64,000 nucleotides of DNA from Candidatus Latescibacterota bacterium (GTDB taxonomy: Bacteria; Latescibacterota; UBA2968; GCA-2709665), in contig CAXXXF010000012.1 of the NCBI GenBank assembly GCA_963667175.2, positions 192,001 through 256,000 on the forward strand, read 5' to 3'. Position numbers and translations under genes: made by a program. Below are positions 41,232-51,422 of this stretch, piece by piece. Below the pieces are notes generated by a model that worked only from the letters and a program-made list of their open reading frames with translations, did no database searches and was not told where the DNA came from. The stretch's first letter is position 1, and the number at the start of each line of letters is the position of its first letter.

Positions 41232-42119
41232 TCACCCTGCAGAAACGTGGCTTGCGGCGTGGTAGGAACTCCGTACCAGCGGACCCGACTCCACGTGGCG
41301 AAAACCTCGCGTCTCCGCAAAAGTCCGGATCTTCCGGAATTCTTCCGGACGGTAGAATCTGGCGATGGAAACATGGGTCGGCGACGGCTGCAGATATTGA
41401 CCCACGGTGAGTATATCCGTTCCCTGTTCGGCAATGTCGTCGATGGTCCGGTACACCTCGTCCACGCTCTCGCCCGCGCCCACCATGATTCCAGACTTCG
41501 TTGCAATACGGGGGTCGGCCCTTCGGGCGCGCCTCAGCAGTTCGAGAGACCTGGCGTAATTCGCCTGCGGGCGCATCAGGCGGTACAGTCTGGGCGGGGT
41601 TTCCACGTTGTGGTTCAGAACGTCGGGACCGGCGGACGTCACTGTATCCAGAGCCGGCCAGTTTCCCTGAAAGTCCGGAATCAGGACTTCCACCCGTGTC
41701 TCGGGCCGCAACCGGCGGATCGCCCGGATGGTGGCTGCAAAAATCGACGCGCCTCCGTCCGGCAATTCGTCACGGTTCACGGAAGTCACGACGGCATGTC
41801 TCAGGCCCAGCCGCCGTACAGCTTCGGCGACCCGGCCGGGTTCTTCCAGGTCGAGGCCCTCCGGCCGCCCGGTCTTTACCGCGCAGAACCCGCAACTTCG
41901 GGTACAGATATCTCCCAGGATCATGAACGTGGCCGTACCGGCCCCCCAGCATTCGCCGATATTCGGACACCGCGCACTCTCGCAAACGGTGTGCAGGTCC
42001 AGTTCCCGCATCAGGCGTTTCAATTCCCGGTACCCGGCATTGCCGGGCGCGGGTACCCGGAACCAGTCGGGCAACCGCCGGTTTCTTCTCGGGTTCTGGT
42101 TTTCGATTTGCAGGATCAT
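41232..42119 (-). CDS. lipA: Lipoyl synthase
   Basis: [24 protein letters not shown]. Confidence 0.97.
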   Translation of the reverse strand: MILQIENQNPRRNRRLPDWFRVPAPGNAGYRELKRLMRELDLHTVCESARCPNIGECWGAGTATFMILGDICTRSCGFCAVKTGRPEGLDLEEPGRVAEAVRRLGLRHAVVTSVNRDELPDGGASIFAATIRAIRRLRPETRVEVLIPDFQGNWPALDTVTSAGPDVLNHNVETPPRLYRLMRPQANYARSLELLRRARRADPRIATKSGIMVGAGESVDEVYRTIDDIAEQGTDILTVGQYLQPSPTHVSIARFYRPEEFRKIRTFAETRGFRHVESGPLVRSSYHAASHVSAG

Positions 42120-42165
42120 AAATGCGTCGCGGCACGGCGTCGATTGCCATGCCCCTCACGACAAC

Positions 42166-43542
42166 TCAGTTTTCGGGATGACCGATCAACGTGCGGGAGG
42201 TTGCGTCGGTGATTCTGACGTTCACGAATGTATTCGTCTCGATCCCGTTTCTCGGAAACACCACCGTTTTGAATCCGTCTGACTTTCCCACCGCCTGTCC
42301 CTCGCCCCGCCTGGCATCCCCCTCCACGAGCACCTCCTGCAGCTTTCCGACGTAACGTCGGTTGATCTCTCCGGAGATGCTCGTCTGCCGGGCAATCACG
42401 GCCTCCAGCCTCCGTGCCTTTTCGGTCTCCGGAACCGTATCGGGAATCTCCCGGTAGGCCACCGTACCCTTCCTGGGTGAATATTTGAACATAAAGGCCG
42501 AATCGTACCTTACATGCCGCATCAGCGCCAGGGTCGATTCGAAATCCGAATCCGCCTCACCCGGGAATCCCACGATGATATCCGTGGACAGGCAGAGTCC
42601 TGGCAGGGCGGACCGCAGGCGCGCGACAAGGTCCAGGTACCCTTCCGGGGAATAGGTCCGCTTCATCGCCTTCAGAACCCGGTCGGAACCGGACTGTACC
42701 GGCAGATGGATGAACCGGCAGATTTTTTTCTCGTCTGCCATGGTGTCGATCAGTTTCCGTGAGAAGTCACTGGGATGCGGCGAGGTAAAGCGAATCCGCC
42801 GTATTCCCTCCACACCGGCCACCAGCTTCAGGAGGTCGGCAAAATCGGTCTCTCCATCGTCATAGGAGTTCACGGTCTGCCCCAGAAGGGTCACTTCCCG
42901 GAACCCCTCCGAAGCGGCCATCCGGACCTGGCGCAACAGGTCGGCCGCAGGCACGCTCCGCTCTCTACCGCGGACGTAGGGCACAATGCAGAACGTGCAG
43001 AACTTGTCGCATCCCCGCATGATCGTGATCCAGGCGTTGGTACCCGCCTGGCGTACGGGGTCGAGTTCCAGATAGTCCTCGCGCCGGTCGAGCCGCACGT
43101 CCAGCGCGGGATTCCCGGAGGCTTCACCGATCAGTTCGGGCAGGCGGCGATAGGAGTCGGGCCCGACCACGAGGTCCACGTACGGCAACTCGTCGAGGAG
43201 TTGCTCGGCAAGGTGCTTGGCCATGCATCCGCTCACGCCGAGCACGAGGTCCGGGCGCGACCGTTTCGCCTGGCTGAGCTGGGAGAGTCGGCCCACCACC
43301 CGCTCTTCAGCGCGCTCTCGGATGGCGCAGGTGTTCAACAGCACCACGTCCGCGTCTTCAACGCCGATCGCCGTGCGGAAACCCGCCTTTTTCAGAACGC
43401 CCATCATCAGTTCCGTGTCGGACACGTTCATCTGGCAGCCATAGGTCTCGATATAGATCCGTCGCGCCGCCGCGGAAGCGCGCCGGTTCGAAATTTCCGC
43501 CGTGGAATTGTCCGGCTGCCGTTCGATGTCAAGAAGCTGCAT
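42166..43542 (-). CDS. miaB: tRNA i6A37 methylthiotransferase
   Basis: TYGCQMN, NTCAIRE, GCDKFCTFC, TRAM domain. Confidence 0.97.
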   Translation of the reverse strand: MQLLDIERQPDNSTAEISNRRASAAARRIYIETYGCQMNVSDTELMMGVLKKAGFRTAIGVEDADVVLLNTCAIRERAEERVVGRLSQLSQAKRSRPDLVLGVSGCMAKHLAEQLLDELPYVDLVVGPDSYRRLPELIGEASGNPALDVRLDRREDYLELDPVRQAGTNAWITIMRGCDKFCTFCIVPYVRGRERSVPAADLLRQVRMAASEGFREVTLLGQTVNSYDDGETDFADLLKLVAGVEGIRRIRFTSPHPSDFSRKLIDTMADEKKICRFIHLPVQSGSDRVLKAMKRTYSPEGYLDLVARLRSALPGLCLSTDIIVGFPGEADSDFESTLALMRHVRYDSAFMFKYSPRKGTVAYREIPDTVPETEKARRLEAVIARQTSISGEINRRYVGKLQEVLVEGDARRGEGQAVGKSDGFKTVVFPRNGIETNTFVNVRITDATSRTLIGHPEN

Positions 43543-44761
43543 GCGGCACTCCGTGATGATGGCCCGTCTTCGGTTTGACGGGGACCTCCGGCTTCCGGCA
43601 GCGGTGTCCCCGGTCTTCGACGTCCCGGTCGATCTCGTCTATTGCCTGTCCGATTTCCTCTCGGACGGCCTCGTCCGTCTCGGAGCCGCTGGCCGCCGAA
43701 AGCGCGCGGCGGGCTTCCGGACCGCCGATGCGGCCCAACGCCCATGCCGCATGTCCGCGCACAAGGGGCTCATGGTCGGAAAGCGCCCCCGACAGAGCGG
43801 GAATATCGTCCGCTGTTCCCCGGTTGCCCAGGGCTACGGCGGCGTTCCGCAACAAACCGCGTCGTTTGGCGCGTTTGATGGGGCTTCCGCGGAACCGCCG
43901 GCTGAACGCCGCCTGGTCCATGGCAAGCAATTCGGAGAGATCGGGCGCATCCAGGCCTTCTCGGGCTTTCAGTGCCGGCTCCGTCGACGGGTCGGCGTGT
44001 TTCCGGTTCCACGGACAGACTTCCTGGCATACGTCGCATCCATAGATCCAGTCTCCCATATTCTTCCGATAGTCCCTTGGAATGGCGCCCTTCAGCTCAA
44101 TCGTCAGATACGAGATGCATCGGTTGGAATCCAGCACGTAGGCCTGTGGAATCGCATCGGTGGGGCAGGCATCCATACACAGCGTGCAGGTCCCGCAATG
44201 GTCGGCGACGGGACGATCGTAGACCAGAGGGATGGTCAGCAGGATTTCGCCCAGGAAGAACCACGATCCGCTGCGCTTGTGGATGAGATTGGTGTGCTTT
44301 CCGAACCATCCGATGCCGGCCCGGGCGGCGAAATCGCGCTCCAGCACCGGTCCGGTGTCCACGTAGACCCGTCCCTTCGCCCGGGGTTCCCGCACCTGTA
44401 TCCATTCCAGCAGGCGCTTCAGACGGGCGGTCATCAGGTCGTGATAGTCGTCGCCCCTGGCATACCTGGAAATCTTGCCCCTGGGCCGCCCGTTGACGGG
44501 ATGAGCGCCTGGCTCCTGATCGTAATTCATCCCCACGCAGAGGAGGCTCCTGGCGCCCGGAAGCACTTGCCCGGGATGCGACCTGCGGTCGAGATTCCGA
44601 CCGAGATAGGCCATCTGGCCGCCATACCCCCGCGTCAGCCAGTCCAGAAAAAAGTTCCAGTGCTCCGGCGGGCCGGCGGGCGCGACCCCGACGGGGCCGA
44701 ACCCCATCCCGCGCGCCTTCCGCTTGATCTGAGCCGTCAACTGCCGCTTTTCGATGACCAT
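43529..44761 (-). CDS. queG: Epoxyqueuosine reductase
   Basis: SRYA.G.DYH, VDTGPVLER, CGTCTLCMDACPT, CISYLTIE, GCDVCQEVCPWN, HEAT-like tail. Confidence 0.95.
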   Translation of the reverse strand: MVIEKRQLTAQIKRKARGMGFGPVGVAPAGPPEHWNFFLDWLTRGYGGQMAYLGRNLDRRSHPGQVLPGARSLLCVGMNYDQEPGAHPVNGRPRGKISRYARGDDYHDLMTARLKRLLEWIQVREPRAKGRVYVDTGPVLERDFAARAGIGWFGKHTNLIHKRSGSWFFLGEILLTIPLVYDRPVADHCGTCTLCMDACPTDAIPQAYVLDSNRCISYLTIELKGAIPRDYRKNMGDWIYGCDVCQEVCPWNRKHADPSTEPALKAREGLDAPDLSELLAMDQAAFSRRFRGSPIKRAKRRGLLRNAAVALGNRGTADDIPALSGALSDHEPLVRGHAAWALGRIGGPEARRALSAASGSETDEAVREEIGQAIDEIDRDVEDRGHRCRKPEVPVKPKTGHHHGVPHAAS

Positions 44762-44846
44762 ATCCTCCGCCGTGGCTGCCAAACAAGCCCAAAAGGACAG
44801 GGAACGGACGCGCCCTGTCCTTTTTCGTACATCAGAATTAGAGCCG

Positions 44847-45227
44847 TCAGGCCTTCACCCGGGCCCTGAAATCCGCCAGCGCCGCCCTGACCGCATCTCT
44901 GGCCAGCGCGGCGGCATGTCTCCTTGTAGGCGGCAGACCGCCCAGCCTGGCCTCGACGTCCGCCCGCGTAACCGCCGCCGCCGCCGCAACCGGCAGGCCC
45001 GCCACCATCTCCGTCAATAGGGAAGCTGCGGCGATGGTGGCCGTGCAGCCCTGGGCCTGAAACACCGCCCGGACGACCCGTTCATCGACAACTTTCAGTT
45101 GTATCGAGACGACCGCGCCGGATGCCGGATTCTCCACGGAGCCCGCGCCGTCCGCATCGCGCATCGTTCCGGCATTGCGAGGATTCCTGAAGTGATCGAG
45201 GGCAATTTCACTATAAATCTCAGCCAT
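44847..45227 (-). CDS. IscU/NifU-N-like scaffold protein (Cys-degenerate)
   Basis: YSEIALDHFRNPRNAG, GCTATIAAAS, LGGLPP. Confidence 0.85.
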   Translation of the reverse strand: MAEIYSEIALDHFRNPRNAGTMRDADGAGSVENPASGAVVSIQLKVVDERVVRAVFQAQGCTATIAAASLLTEMVAGLPVAAAAAVTRADVEARLGGLPPTRRHAAALARDAVRAALADFRARVKA

Positions 45228-45248
45228 GGAGCCCAACCACCCGCCGGC

Positions 45249-45746
45249 TCACCGGGTACTTTCCAGCGGCCTTCGAGGCGGCGTAAGCGTTACCCGGTCT
45301 TCCACGGCCAGGAGTTGCTCTTTGGTATAAATCAGCTCGGCCCGGGTTTCCGCCGCCAGTTCGGTTCGCTCCGTCATGACGATCGCGTCTTCAGGACAGG
45401 CTTCAACGCACATGCCGCAGAAAATACAACGCAACATATCGATGTCAAATCGTCTGGGATGTTTTTCCCGGTCCTCCCAGGGCGCTTCTTCGGCTTCTAT
45501 GGCGATACATTCGGCGGGACACGCCGTGGCGCACATGTAGCACGCAACACATTTGGGGCGGCCCTTATCGTCCTTCGTTAGCTTGTGCAGCCCCCGGTAC
45601 CCGCCGGGTTTTGTCCAGGTTTCCTCCGGATACTGCATCGTGATCTTTTTGCCGAGCAGATGCCTGAAGGTCAGCGACAGACCCTTTGTGATTGCCGGAA
45701 GATACATTTTTTCGGTCAGCGTCATTTCGTGACCGACCTTTTTCAT
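45249..45746 (-). CDS. nuoI: NADH-quinone oxidoreductase subunit I-like protein (orphan)
   Basis: ITMQYPEE, YRGLH, CVACYMCATACP, CIFCGMCVEACP. Confidence 0.9.
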   Translation of the reverse strand: MKKVGHEMTLTEKMYLPAITKGLSLTFRHLLGKKITMQYPEETWTKPGGYRGLHKLTKDDKGRPKCVACYMCATACPAECIAIEAEEAPWEDREKHPRRFDIDMLRCIFCGMCVEACPEDAIVMTERTELAAETRAELIYTKEQLLAVEDRVTLTPPRRPLESTR

Positions 45747-47364
45747 AACGGCGTTCTCCTCTCCTGTTCCGGGACCTGCCTTTGCGCCGCTTGTTTGAAC
45801 GGCCCGCCCATTGGGTGGCGACCGTCTGCCGGATAATCGTAACCTGAATCTCCCCGGGATAGGTCATTCCCTCCCGGATGCGCTGTGCGATTTCGAATGA
45901 AAGCCCCTTGGCGCGCTCGTCGTCCACCCGGCCGGCATTTACCATCACACGGATCTCCCGGCCTGCGTTAATGGCATACGCATCACGAACGCCATGGAAA
46001 CCCCGCGCGATATCCTCCAGATCCCGCACTCTGCGAATATACCCTTCCGCATCGTCACGCCGGGCGCCGGGGCGGGACGAAGATATGGCGTCGGCTGCCT
46101 TTACCAGGAAGGAAATGGGAGAACTGGCTTCAGCGTCTCCGTGATGGTAGAGAATGGCGTTCCCAACCTCCGGCCCCTCGCCGTGCCGGCGCACCATCGC
46201 GACGCCGATGTCGGTATGCGTTCCTTCCTGTTCCTGATCGACCGCCTTGCCAATGTCGTGCAACAGGCCGGCCCGACGTGCCAGGATCTCGTCCATCCGG
46301 AGTTCCGCCGCCATCGCGCCCGACAGAAAGGCGACTTCCTTGGAATGCCCCAATACGCTCTGTCCGTAACTGGTCCGGTATTTCAGGCGTCCCAGCATCG
46401 TTACCAGTTCGGAGTGCATGTCGTCGATGCCGACTTCCCTGACCGCGCGCCGACCCTCCTCTTCGATCAGGGTCTCGATCCGGCTCTCGCATTCGGCCAC
46501 GACCTCTTCCACCCGGCTGGGATTGATTCGCCCCTCCTTCACCAGTTGTTCCATCGCCAGCCTGGCCACGTCCCGCTTTACCGGATCGAAGCTGGAGAGA
46601 ACCACGGCTTCCGGCGTATCGTTAACGATCACCTTCACGCCGGTGGCGGCCTCGAACGAGATGATATTCCGCCCCTCCTTGCCGACGATTCGCCCCTTGA
46701 TATCGTCGTCGGGCAGCGCCACGACCGAAATCGACGATTGCACGGTCTGATCGGTGGAACAGCGTTCGATCGCCTGCGCAATGATCTTTTTCGATTCCCG
46801 TTCGGACCGCTCCCTGGCCTGATCGATGATCTCCATACCCATGGCGGTTGCCGTATGCTGGAGATCGGTCTCGATATTCTCCAGGAGCATTTCACGGGCG
46901 CGGTCGACGTTCATGCCGGATATGCGTTCCAGCAGGCCGCGCTGTTCAGTCAGCACCTGTTCGAGTTCCTGATGATGCTGATCCAGTCGTACCGCGCGCT
47001 GCCGAACGTCGCGCTCCCGGCGATTCAGTTCCCTGGTTCGCTGTTTGAGGTTCTCACGTTGCTCGAGTATTCCGTTCTCTTTTTGGTTGAGGTCCTCAAC
47101 CCGGCGTTCCAGTTCGCGCCTCTTTGTTTCCAGTTCGTGCTCGAACGTGTTCTTGGCGTCGTACCATCTGTTCTTCTCTTCGAGAAACGTGGCTCTGCGC
47201 TCCCGGCCCGCCTTCTCGACCAATTTTGAAATGCGACGCTCGGTGTGGTGTTCAATTTCCTGAATCTTGCGGGCCTTGAGCCTCGCGCACAAGAACCATC
47301 CGGCAACGAAGAGGAGAATCGCGCATGCAATGGCAAGGCTGACTGAGGTTGCATCCAGCGCCAT
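45565..47364 (-). CDS. rny: Ribonuclease Y
   Basis: N-terminal TM, coiled coil, KH (KGRIVGKEGRNI), HD (LLHDIGK), ADAISSSRPGAR. Confidence 0.95.
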   Translation of the reverse strand: MALDATSVSLAIACAILLFVAGWFLCARLKARKIQEIEHHTERRISKLVEKAGRERRATFLEEKNRWYDAKNTFEHELETKRRELERRVEDLNQKENGILEQRENLKQRTRELNRRERDVRQRAVRLDQHHQELEQVLTEQRGLLERISGMNVDRAREMLLENIETDLQHTATAMGMEIIDQARERSERESKKIIAQAIERCSTDQTVQSSISVVALPDDDIKGRIVGKEGRNIISFEAATGVKVIVNDTPEAVVLSSFDPVKRDVARLAMEQLVKEGRINPSRVEEVVAECESRIETLIEEEGRRAVREVGIDDMHSELVTMLGRLKYRTSYGQSVLGHSKEVAFLSGAMAAELRMDEILARRAGLLHDIGKAVDQEQEGTHTDIGVAMVRRHGEGPEVGNAILYHHGDAEASSPISFLVKAADAISSSRPGARRDDAEGYIRRVRDLEDIARGFHGVRDAYAINAGREIRVMVNAGRVDDERAKGLSFEIAQRIREGMTYPGEIQVTIIRQTVATQWAGRSNKRRKGRSRNRRGERRYEKGRSRNDADRKNVSSGNHKGSVADLQASARQKDHDAVSGGNLDKTRRVPGAAQANEGR

Positions 47365-47619
47365 TGAAGCCTCCCGTTTTCGTGAAAATTGAGGTCCAGG
47401 TCAATCGATTTACGCACGTTTGGCCCCGCCGTGAATTGTCGCTCTTTCTCCCTGCAACAGTGCGACGCCGGTTCTCCGGAATTCCCGAACAGAGCCAATT
47501 GCCGCCGCCCTTTCGGGAGCAGGCATGCAATGTGCAGCAAAAACAACATAAGACTCCGGTTCAACAGATCGATCGGATAACAAAGGGAGGCGTCCGAACC
47601 GAACCCCTCCCTCCCCTAA

Positions 47620-47812
47620 CAGTCCGATGAAAAAGTCGCTCTGCAGGCGAGGCCGAGTCATTGTGGCCGAAGGCAAGGCGCGCTCCCTCCCCGAATCCGC
47701 GGATTCGGGGAGGGAGCGCCTGCCTGCCGCGCTTCGCTTGGCGCATGCAGGCAACGCCGTCATTCGGTCACAAGGACGGGAAGCAACCCGGATGGGCTTT
47801 TTCTACGGGCTG
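47620..47812 (+). mobile_element. MITE copy 3 (diverged, ~193 bp)
   Basis: CAGTCCGATGAAAAAGTCGCTCTGCAGGCGAGGCCGAG...GGCTTTTTCTACGGGCTG. Confidence 0.8.
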
Positions 47813-47863
47813 ATCATCCGGAAATCAACCGGCCGCCACAGCAGGCCGAACCGGTTCAATTCG

Positions 47864-48187
47864 TCATACACCAAACGATTCCCCGCAGCCGCACTGATTC
47901 GTGGCATTGGGATTAAGCACTTTGAAGCCGGCCCCCATCAACCCATCGTCATAATCCAGTTCGGACCCGGCGAGATAGAGTGCGCTCTTCATGTCCACAA
48001 ACACCCTGACGCCCTTGCACTCTATGGTGTCGTCGTCTTCGCCGGGGCCATCTTCGAAGCCCAACTGGTACTGCAGCCCGGAGCATCCGCCTCCAACCAC
48101 CTTCATCCGGAGACCCGCATCCGGAACGCCTTCGCGTTCGAGCAGGTCCTTGATCTTTACCGCGGCAGCTTCGGTGACCCTAACCAT
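47864..48187 (-). CDS. A-type Fe-S carrier (HesB/IscA/ErpA family)
   Basis: GGGCSGLQY, NPNA..CGCGESF. Confidence 0.93.
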   Translation of the reverse strand: MVRVTEAAAVKIKDLLEREGVPDAGLRMKVVGGGCSGLQYQLGFEDGPGEDDDTIECKGVRVFVDMKSALYLAGSELDYDDGLMGAGFKVLNPNATNQCGCGESFGV

Positions 48188-48227
48188 TTTACCCTCGACG
48201 TTCCCGGCGACCTTGAATCACTTCCGC

Positions 48228-48704
48228 TTATCCGATTGCGGACAGACAGCGTTTTACGGCGTCGAAGTCCGGCAGTACGGTCGCGTCCTCCGAGACCTCC
48301 GCGTACCGGACGATCCCTTCCTTGTCTACGACGAACGCCGCTCGTTTTGCGACACCCCTGAAACCCAGAAGATCCTGATATTGGGCTCCGTAGGCGGCGC
48401 TCACTTCCTTATTGAAATCACTCAGCAACGGGATGGATATGTTGTTCTGATCCGCCCAGGCCTCCTGAGCGAAGGGACTGTCCACGCTGATGGCCAGCAC
48501 CTGCGCGTTCAGATTGTCATATTCCGAAAGACCTCCGCTCACCGAACACATTTCGTCGGTGCAGACCGACGTATACGCCAGAGGAAAAAAAAGCAACACG
48601 ACGTTTCTGTTTCCCCTGAAACTGCTCAATGCAACGTCCTCCAGGTCGCCGCGTTTGCTCGTCAGCGTGAAGTCGGGCGCCTGATCGCCTACATTTATCC
48701 CCAT
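48228..48704 (-). CDS. Peroxiredoxin (AhpE/BCP-like)
   Basis: APDFTL, FFPLAYTSVCTDEMC, LLSDF, RAAFVVD. Confidence 0.9.
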   Translation of the reverse strand: MGINVGDQAPDFTLTSKRGDLEDVALSSFRGNRNVVLLFFPLAYTSVCTDEMCSVSGGLSEYDNLNAQVLAISVDSPFAQEAWADQNNISIPLLSDFNKEVSAAYGAQYQDLLGFRGVAKRAAFVVDKEGIVRYAEVSEDATVLPDFDAVKRCLSAIG

Positions 48705-48789
48705 GGTGATGATCCTTTCGTGTGTTTCCGGAATACCGGCCGCACATTCACACTGACTGCACGACCGTCAACACTGTTCCGCCGTGTGG

Positions 48790-49404
48790 TTACGCGGCTG
48801 CTTCCGCGAATCGGGCCGCCACCGCGTCCCAGTCAATCACGTTTCCCCAGGCCTCGATATAATCGGGGCGCCGGTTCTGATAATTCAGATAATAGGCGTG
48901 CTCCCAGACGTCCAGTCCGAGGATAGGCGTACCGTCGCCCGTCATCAGCGGGCTGTCCTGATTCGGGGTGCTGAGAATTTCCAGCTTGCCGTCCTTCACG
49001 ACCACCCAGGCCCATCCGCTGCCGAAGCGGGTGGTTGCCGCCTGGACGAACTCGTCACGAGCCGCGTCCAGGCTGCCGAACGCGGCGTTGATGGCGTCGG
49101 CCAGGTCTCCGGAGGGGTCTCCGCCTCCACCGGGCGACATGATCGTCCAGAACAGACTGTGATTGGCATGGCCGCCGCCGTTGTTCCGAACCGCCGTGCG
49201 AATCCCCTCGGGAACACCATCCAGATTGCTGATCAGATCTTCCACGCTCCGGGCGGCAAGGTCGTCGTGCCCCTCGAGTGCGTTGTTCAGGTTGGTGACG
49301 TAGGTGTTATGGTGCCTGCCGTGGTGAATCTCCATGGTGCGGGCGTCTATATGGGGCTCCAGAGCATCGTGACCGTACGGCAGATCGGGAAGTGAATGTG
49401 CCAT
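48790..49404 (-). CDS. sodA: Mn/Fe superoxide dismutase
   Basis: [36 protein letters not shown]. Confidence 0.95.
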   Translation of the reverse strand: MAHSLPDLPYGHDALEPHIDARTMEIHHGRHHNTYVTNLNNALEGHDDLAARSVEDLISNLDGVPEGIRTAVRNNGGGHANHSLFWTIMSPGGGGDPSGDLADAINAAFGSLDAARDEFVQAATTRFGSGWAWVVVKDGKLEILSTPNQDSPLMTGDGTPILGLDVWEHAYYLNYQNRRPDYIEAWGNVIDWDAVAARFAEAAA

Positions 49405-49479
49405 TGAGTACACTCCTTAAGATTGAATGAGGATGGTTGACTGAACCGGACGTAACGATCAGATGTAAGAATATGACGA

Positions 49480-49508
49480 AATATAACGAAGTCCAGGCTT
49501 AGCGTCAA
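49480..49508 (-). promoter_or_regulatory. Sigma-70 promoter of sodA
   Basis: TTGACG-17 bp-TATATT, with an AT-rich tract upstream. Confidence 0.6.
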
Positions 49509-49557
49509 GCGATTTCCAGCCCCCCTCACATATAACAAAAATAACAAAAACTTACAC

Positions 49558-50439
49558 TTATCGTATTTCTTGAACCGCCCGTCCGTCGGTTTCCACGACG
49601 ACGTTGTCGATAAGCCGGGATTGGCCGAAACGGACGGCCGCCGCCAGGAGGACCCTGCCTTCAATCGCTTCGAGCGGCCGGAAATCCCGGGCATCGACCG
49701 CGGCGATGTAATCGACCTCCGCGCCCGGTTTCCGGCGTACGCGGCGATCCATGGCGCCGATGACCGCGCACGCGCGTTTTTCGCCCGCCAGCACCAGGTC
49801 CCTCCCTTCCTGCAGGGCCCTGTAGATTACCGCGGCGTGCCGCCGATGCCGGGGTGAAAGGGTGCGGTTGCGTGAACTCTTCGCCAGTCCATCCGCCTCT
49901 CTCACCGTCGGCGCGGTCAGGATTTCCACGTCGAAGTCGAGGTCTCTCGTCAACCGGCGGACAACACCCGTCTGCTGGGCGTCTTTCTGTCCGAATACGG
50001 CCACGTGCGGCTTCACGGCCGAGAAGAGTTTGGTCACCACCGTGGCGACTCCCCTGAAATGACCGGGACGGGAAGCGCCGCACAGATGGTCCGCCAGTCG
50101 CTCCACCTCCAGGTAGGTCGCATAACCCCGCGGATACATCTCTTCCGGAGACGGCGAGAAGATCAGGTTGCCTCCCTCGTCGCGGACCATGGCCCGGTCG
50201 CGTTCGAAATCCCGAGGATACGTTTCGAAATCCTCATGCGGTCCGAACTGCGAAGGGTTGACAAAGACACTCACGACGGTACGGTCGGACGCACGCCCCG
50301 CCAGGCGTATCAGGCTCGAATGGCCAGCGTGCAGAGATCCCATGGTGGGTACCAGCCCGATCCGCAATCCCTCCCGGCGCATCCGGTCTGCAATTCGGTG
50401 CATTTCCCGCACATTTCGTATGACCCTGACCGTTCCCAT
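49558..50439 (-). CDS. panC: Pantothenate synthetase
   Basis: VPTMGSLHAGH, FVNPSQF, RPGHFRGV, FGQKD, SSRN, RLIDN. Confidence 0.96.
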   Translation of the reverse strand: MGTVRVIRNVREMHRIADRMRREGLRIGLVPTMGSLHAGHSSLIRLAGRASDRTVVSVFVNPSQFGPHEDFETYPRDFERDRAMVRDEGGNLIFSPSPEEMYPRGYATYLEVERLADHLCGASRPGHFRGVATVVTKLFSAVKPHVAVFGQKDAQQTGVVRRLTRDLDFDVEILTAPTVREADGLAKSSRNRTLSPRHRRHAAVIYRALQEGRDLVLAGEKRACAVIGAMDRRVRRKPGAEVDYIAAVDARDFRPLEAIEGRVLLAAAVRFGQSRLIDNVVVETDGRAVQEIR

Positions 50440-50528
50440 GGTTCGCCTGCCGCCTGTCTCCGGATAAGAGACAAGGGGCGGGAGATCCCCGCCCCACGGT
50501 GTTGTCGCCCGATTGTTCGACGTTGCGT

Positions 50529-51407
50529 TCAATCCTCCGCGAGGGCCTTGAACTTCCTCAATTCTTCGTTTCTGATCCGATATCGATGTTCTTCGGCTGG
50601 ATACCGCTTCGCCTTTACATCCTTGACGTAGGCCGAAAACGCGTCGCAAATGGTGGTTCCCAACTCCGCGTAGCGTTTGGAATACCGAAATGAAAAGTCG
50701 TTGAGGCCCAGCAGGTCCGGCGCCACAAGCACCTGTCCGTCGCACCGTCGACCCGATCCGATACCGATTGTGGGAATGCCCAGCGCCCGCGAAACAACCC
50801 CGGCCACCTGCTCGGGAACGCATTCGAGCACCACGGCAACGGCGCCCGCAGCCTCGAGCGCGAGCGCACCCGCAAGAACCAGTGCCGCTTCATCGGCGCG
50901 GTCTCCGTAGACATGCCGGCTACCCTTCCACGTCTGGGGCATATGGCCGACGTGGCCGACGGCCGGAATGCCTTCGGCGGTTATCGCCCCGATTCTTGCC
51001 GCCACTTCCTCCGCGCCTTCGAGCTTCACCATATCTGCCCCGGCGTGCGCCAGCAGCCGGGCATTTTCTACGGCATTGGAATCCGTTTCGTAGGACCGGT
51101 ATGGCAGATCGGCCAACAATATTGCCTTCTGCACGCCACGCCGGACCGCGCGGGTATGGTGGAGCATGTCCTCCATCGTAACCTGCTGCGGACTTTCGTA
51201 CCCCAGGATATTTATCCCCACCGAATCGCCAACCAGGATGACATCCACGTCCGACGCATCCTGAAGGATGGCGGAGGGGAAATCGTAGCAGGTGAGCATG
51301 GCGATGGGTTCGCCCCGCCTCTTCATCTCCGTCAGAAAACCGGGTGCGGCACGCAATTCTGCGTCGGGCGCTTCCTGAATTCCCTTGACTGTATCTGCAT
51401 ATTCCAT
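50529..51407 (-). CDS. panB: 3-methyl-2-oxobutanoate hydroxymethyltransferase
   Basis: LTCYD, LVGDS, VKLEG, TIGIGSG..CDGQVLV. Confidence 0.95.
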   Translation of the reverse strand: MEYADTVKGIQEAPDAELRAAPGFLTEMKRRGEPIAMLTCYDFPSAILQDASDVDVILVGDSVGINILGYESPQQVTMEDMLHHTRAVRRGVQKAILLADLPYRSYETDSNAVENARLLAHAGADMVKLEGAEEVAARIGAITAEGIPAVGHVGHMPQTWKGSRHVYGDRADEAALVLAGALALEAAGAVAVVLECVPEQVAGVVSRALGIPTIGIGSGRRCDGQVLVAPDLLGLNDFSFRYSKRYAELGTTICDAFSAYVKDVKAKRYPAEEHRYRIRNEELRKFKALAED

Positions 51408-51422
51408 AACGGGATTCCGCGA

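Noticed and set aside
47365-47619. 6S RNA or another ncRNA upstream of rny
   Set aside because: The position is suggestive, but zapA is absent and I could not find the long 6S rod structure by eye; needs an Infernal search.
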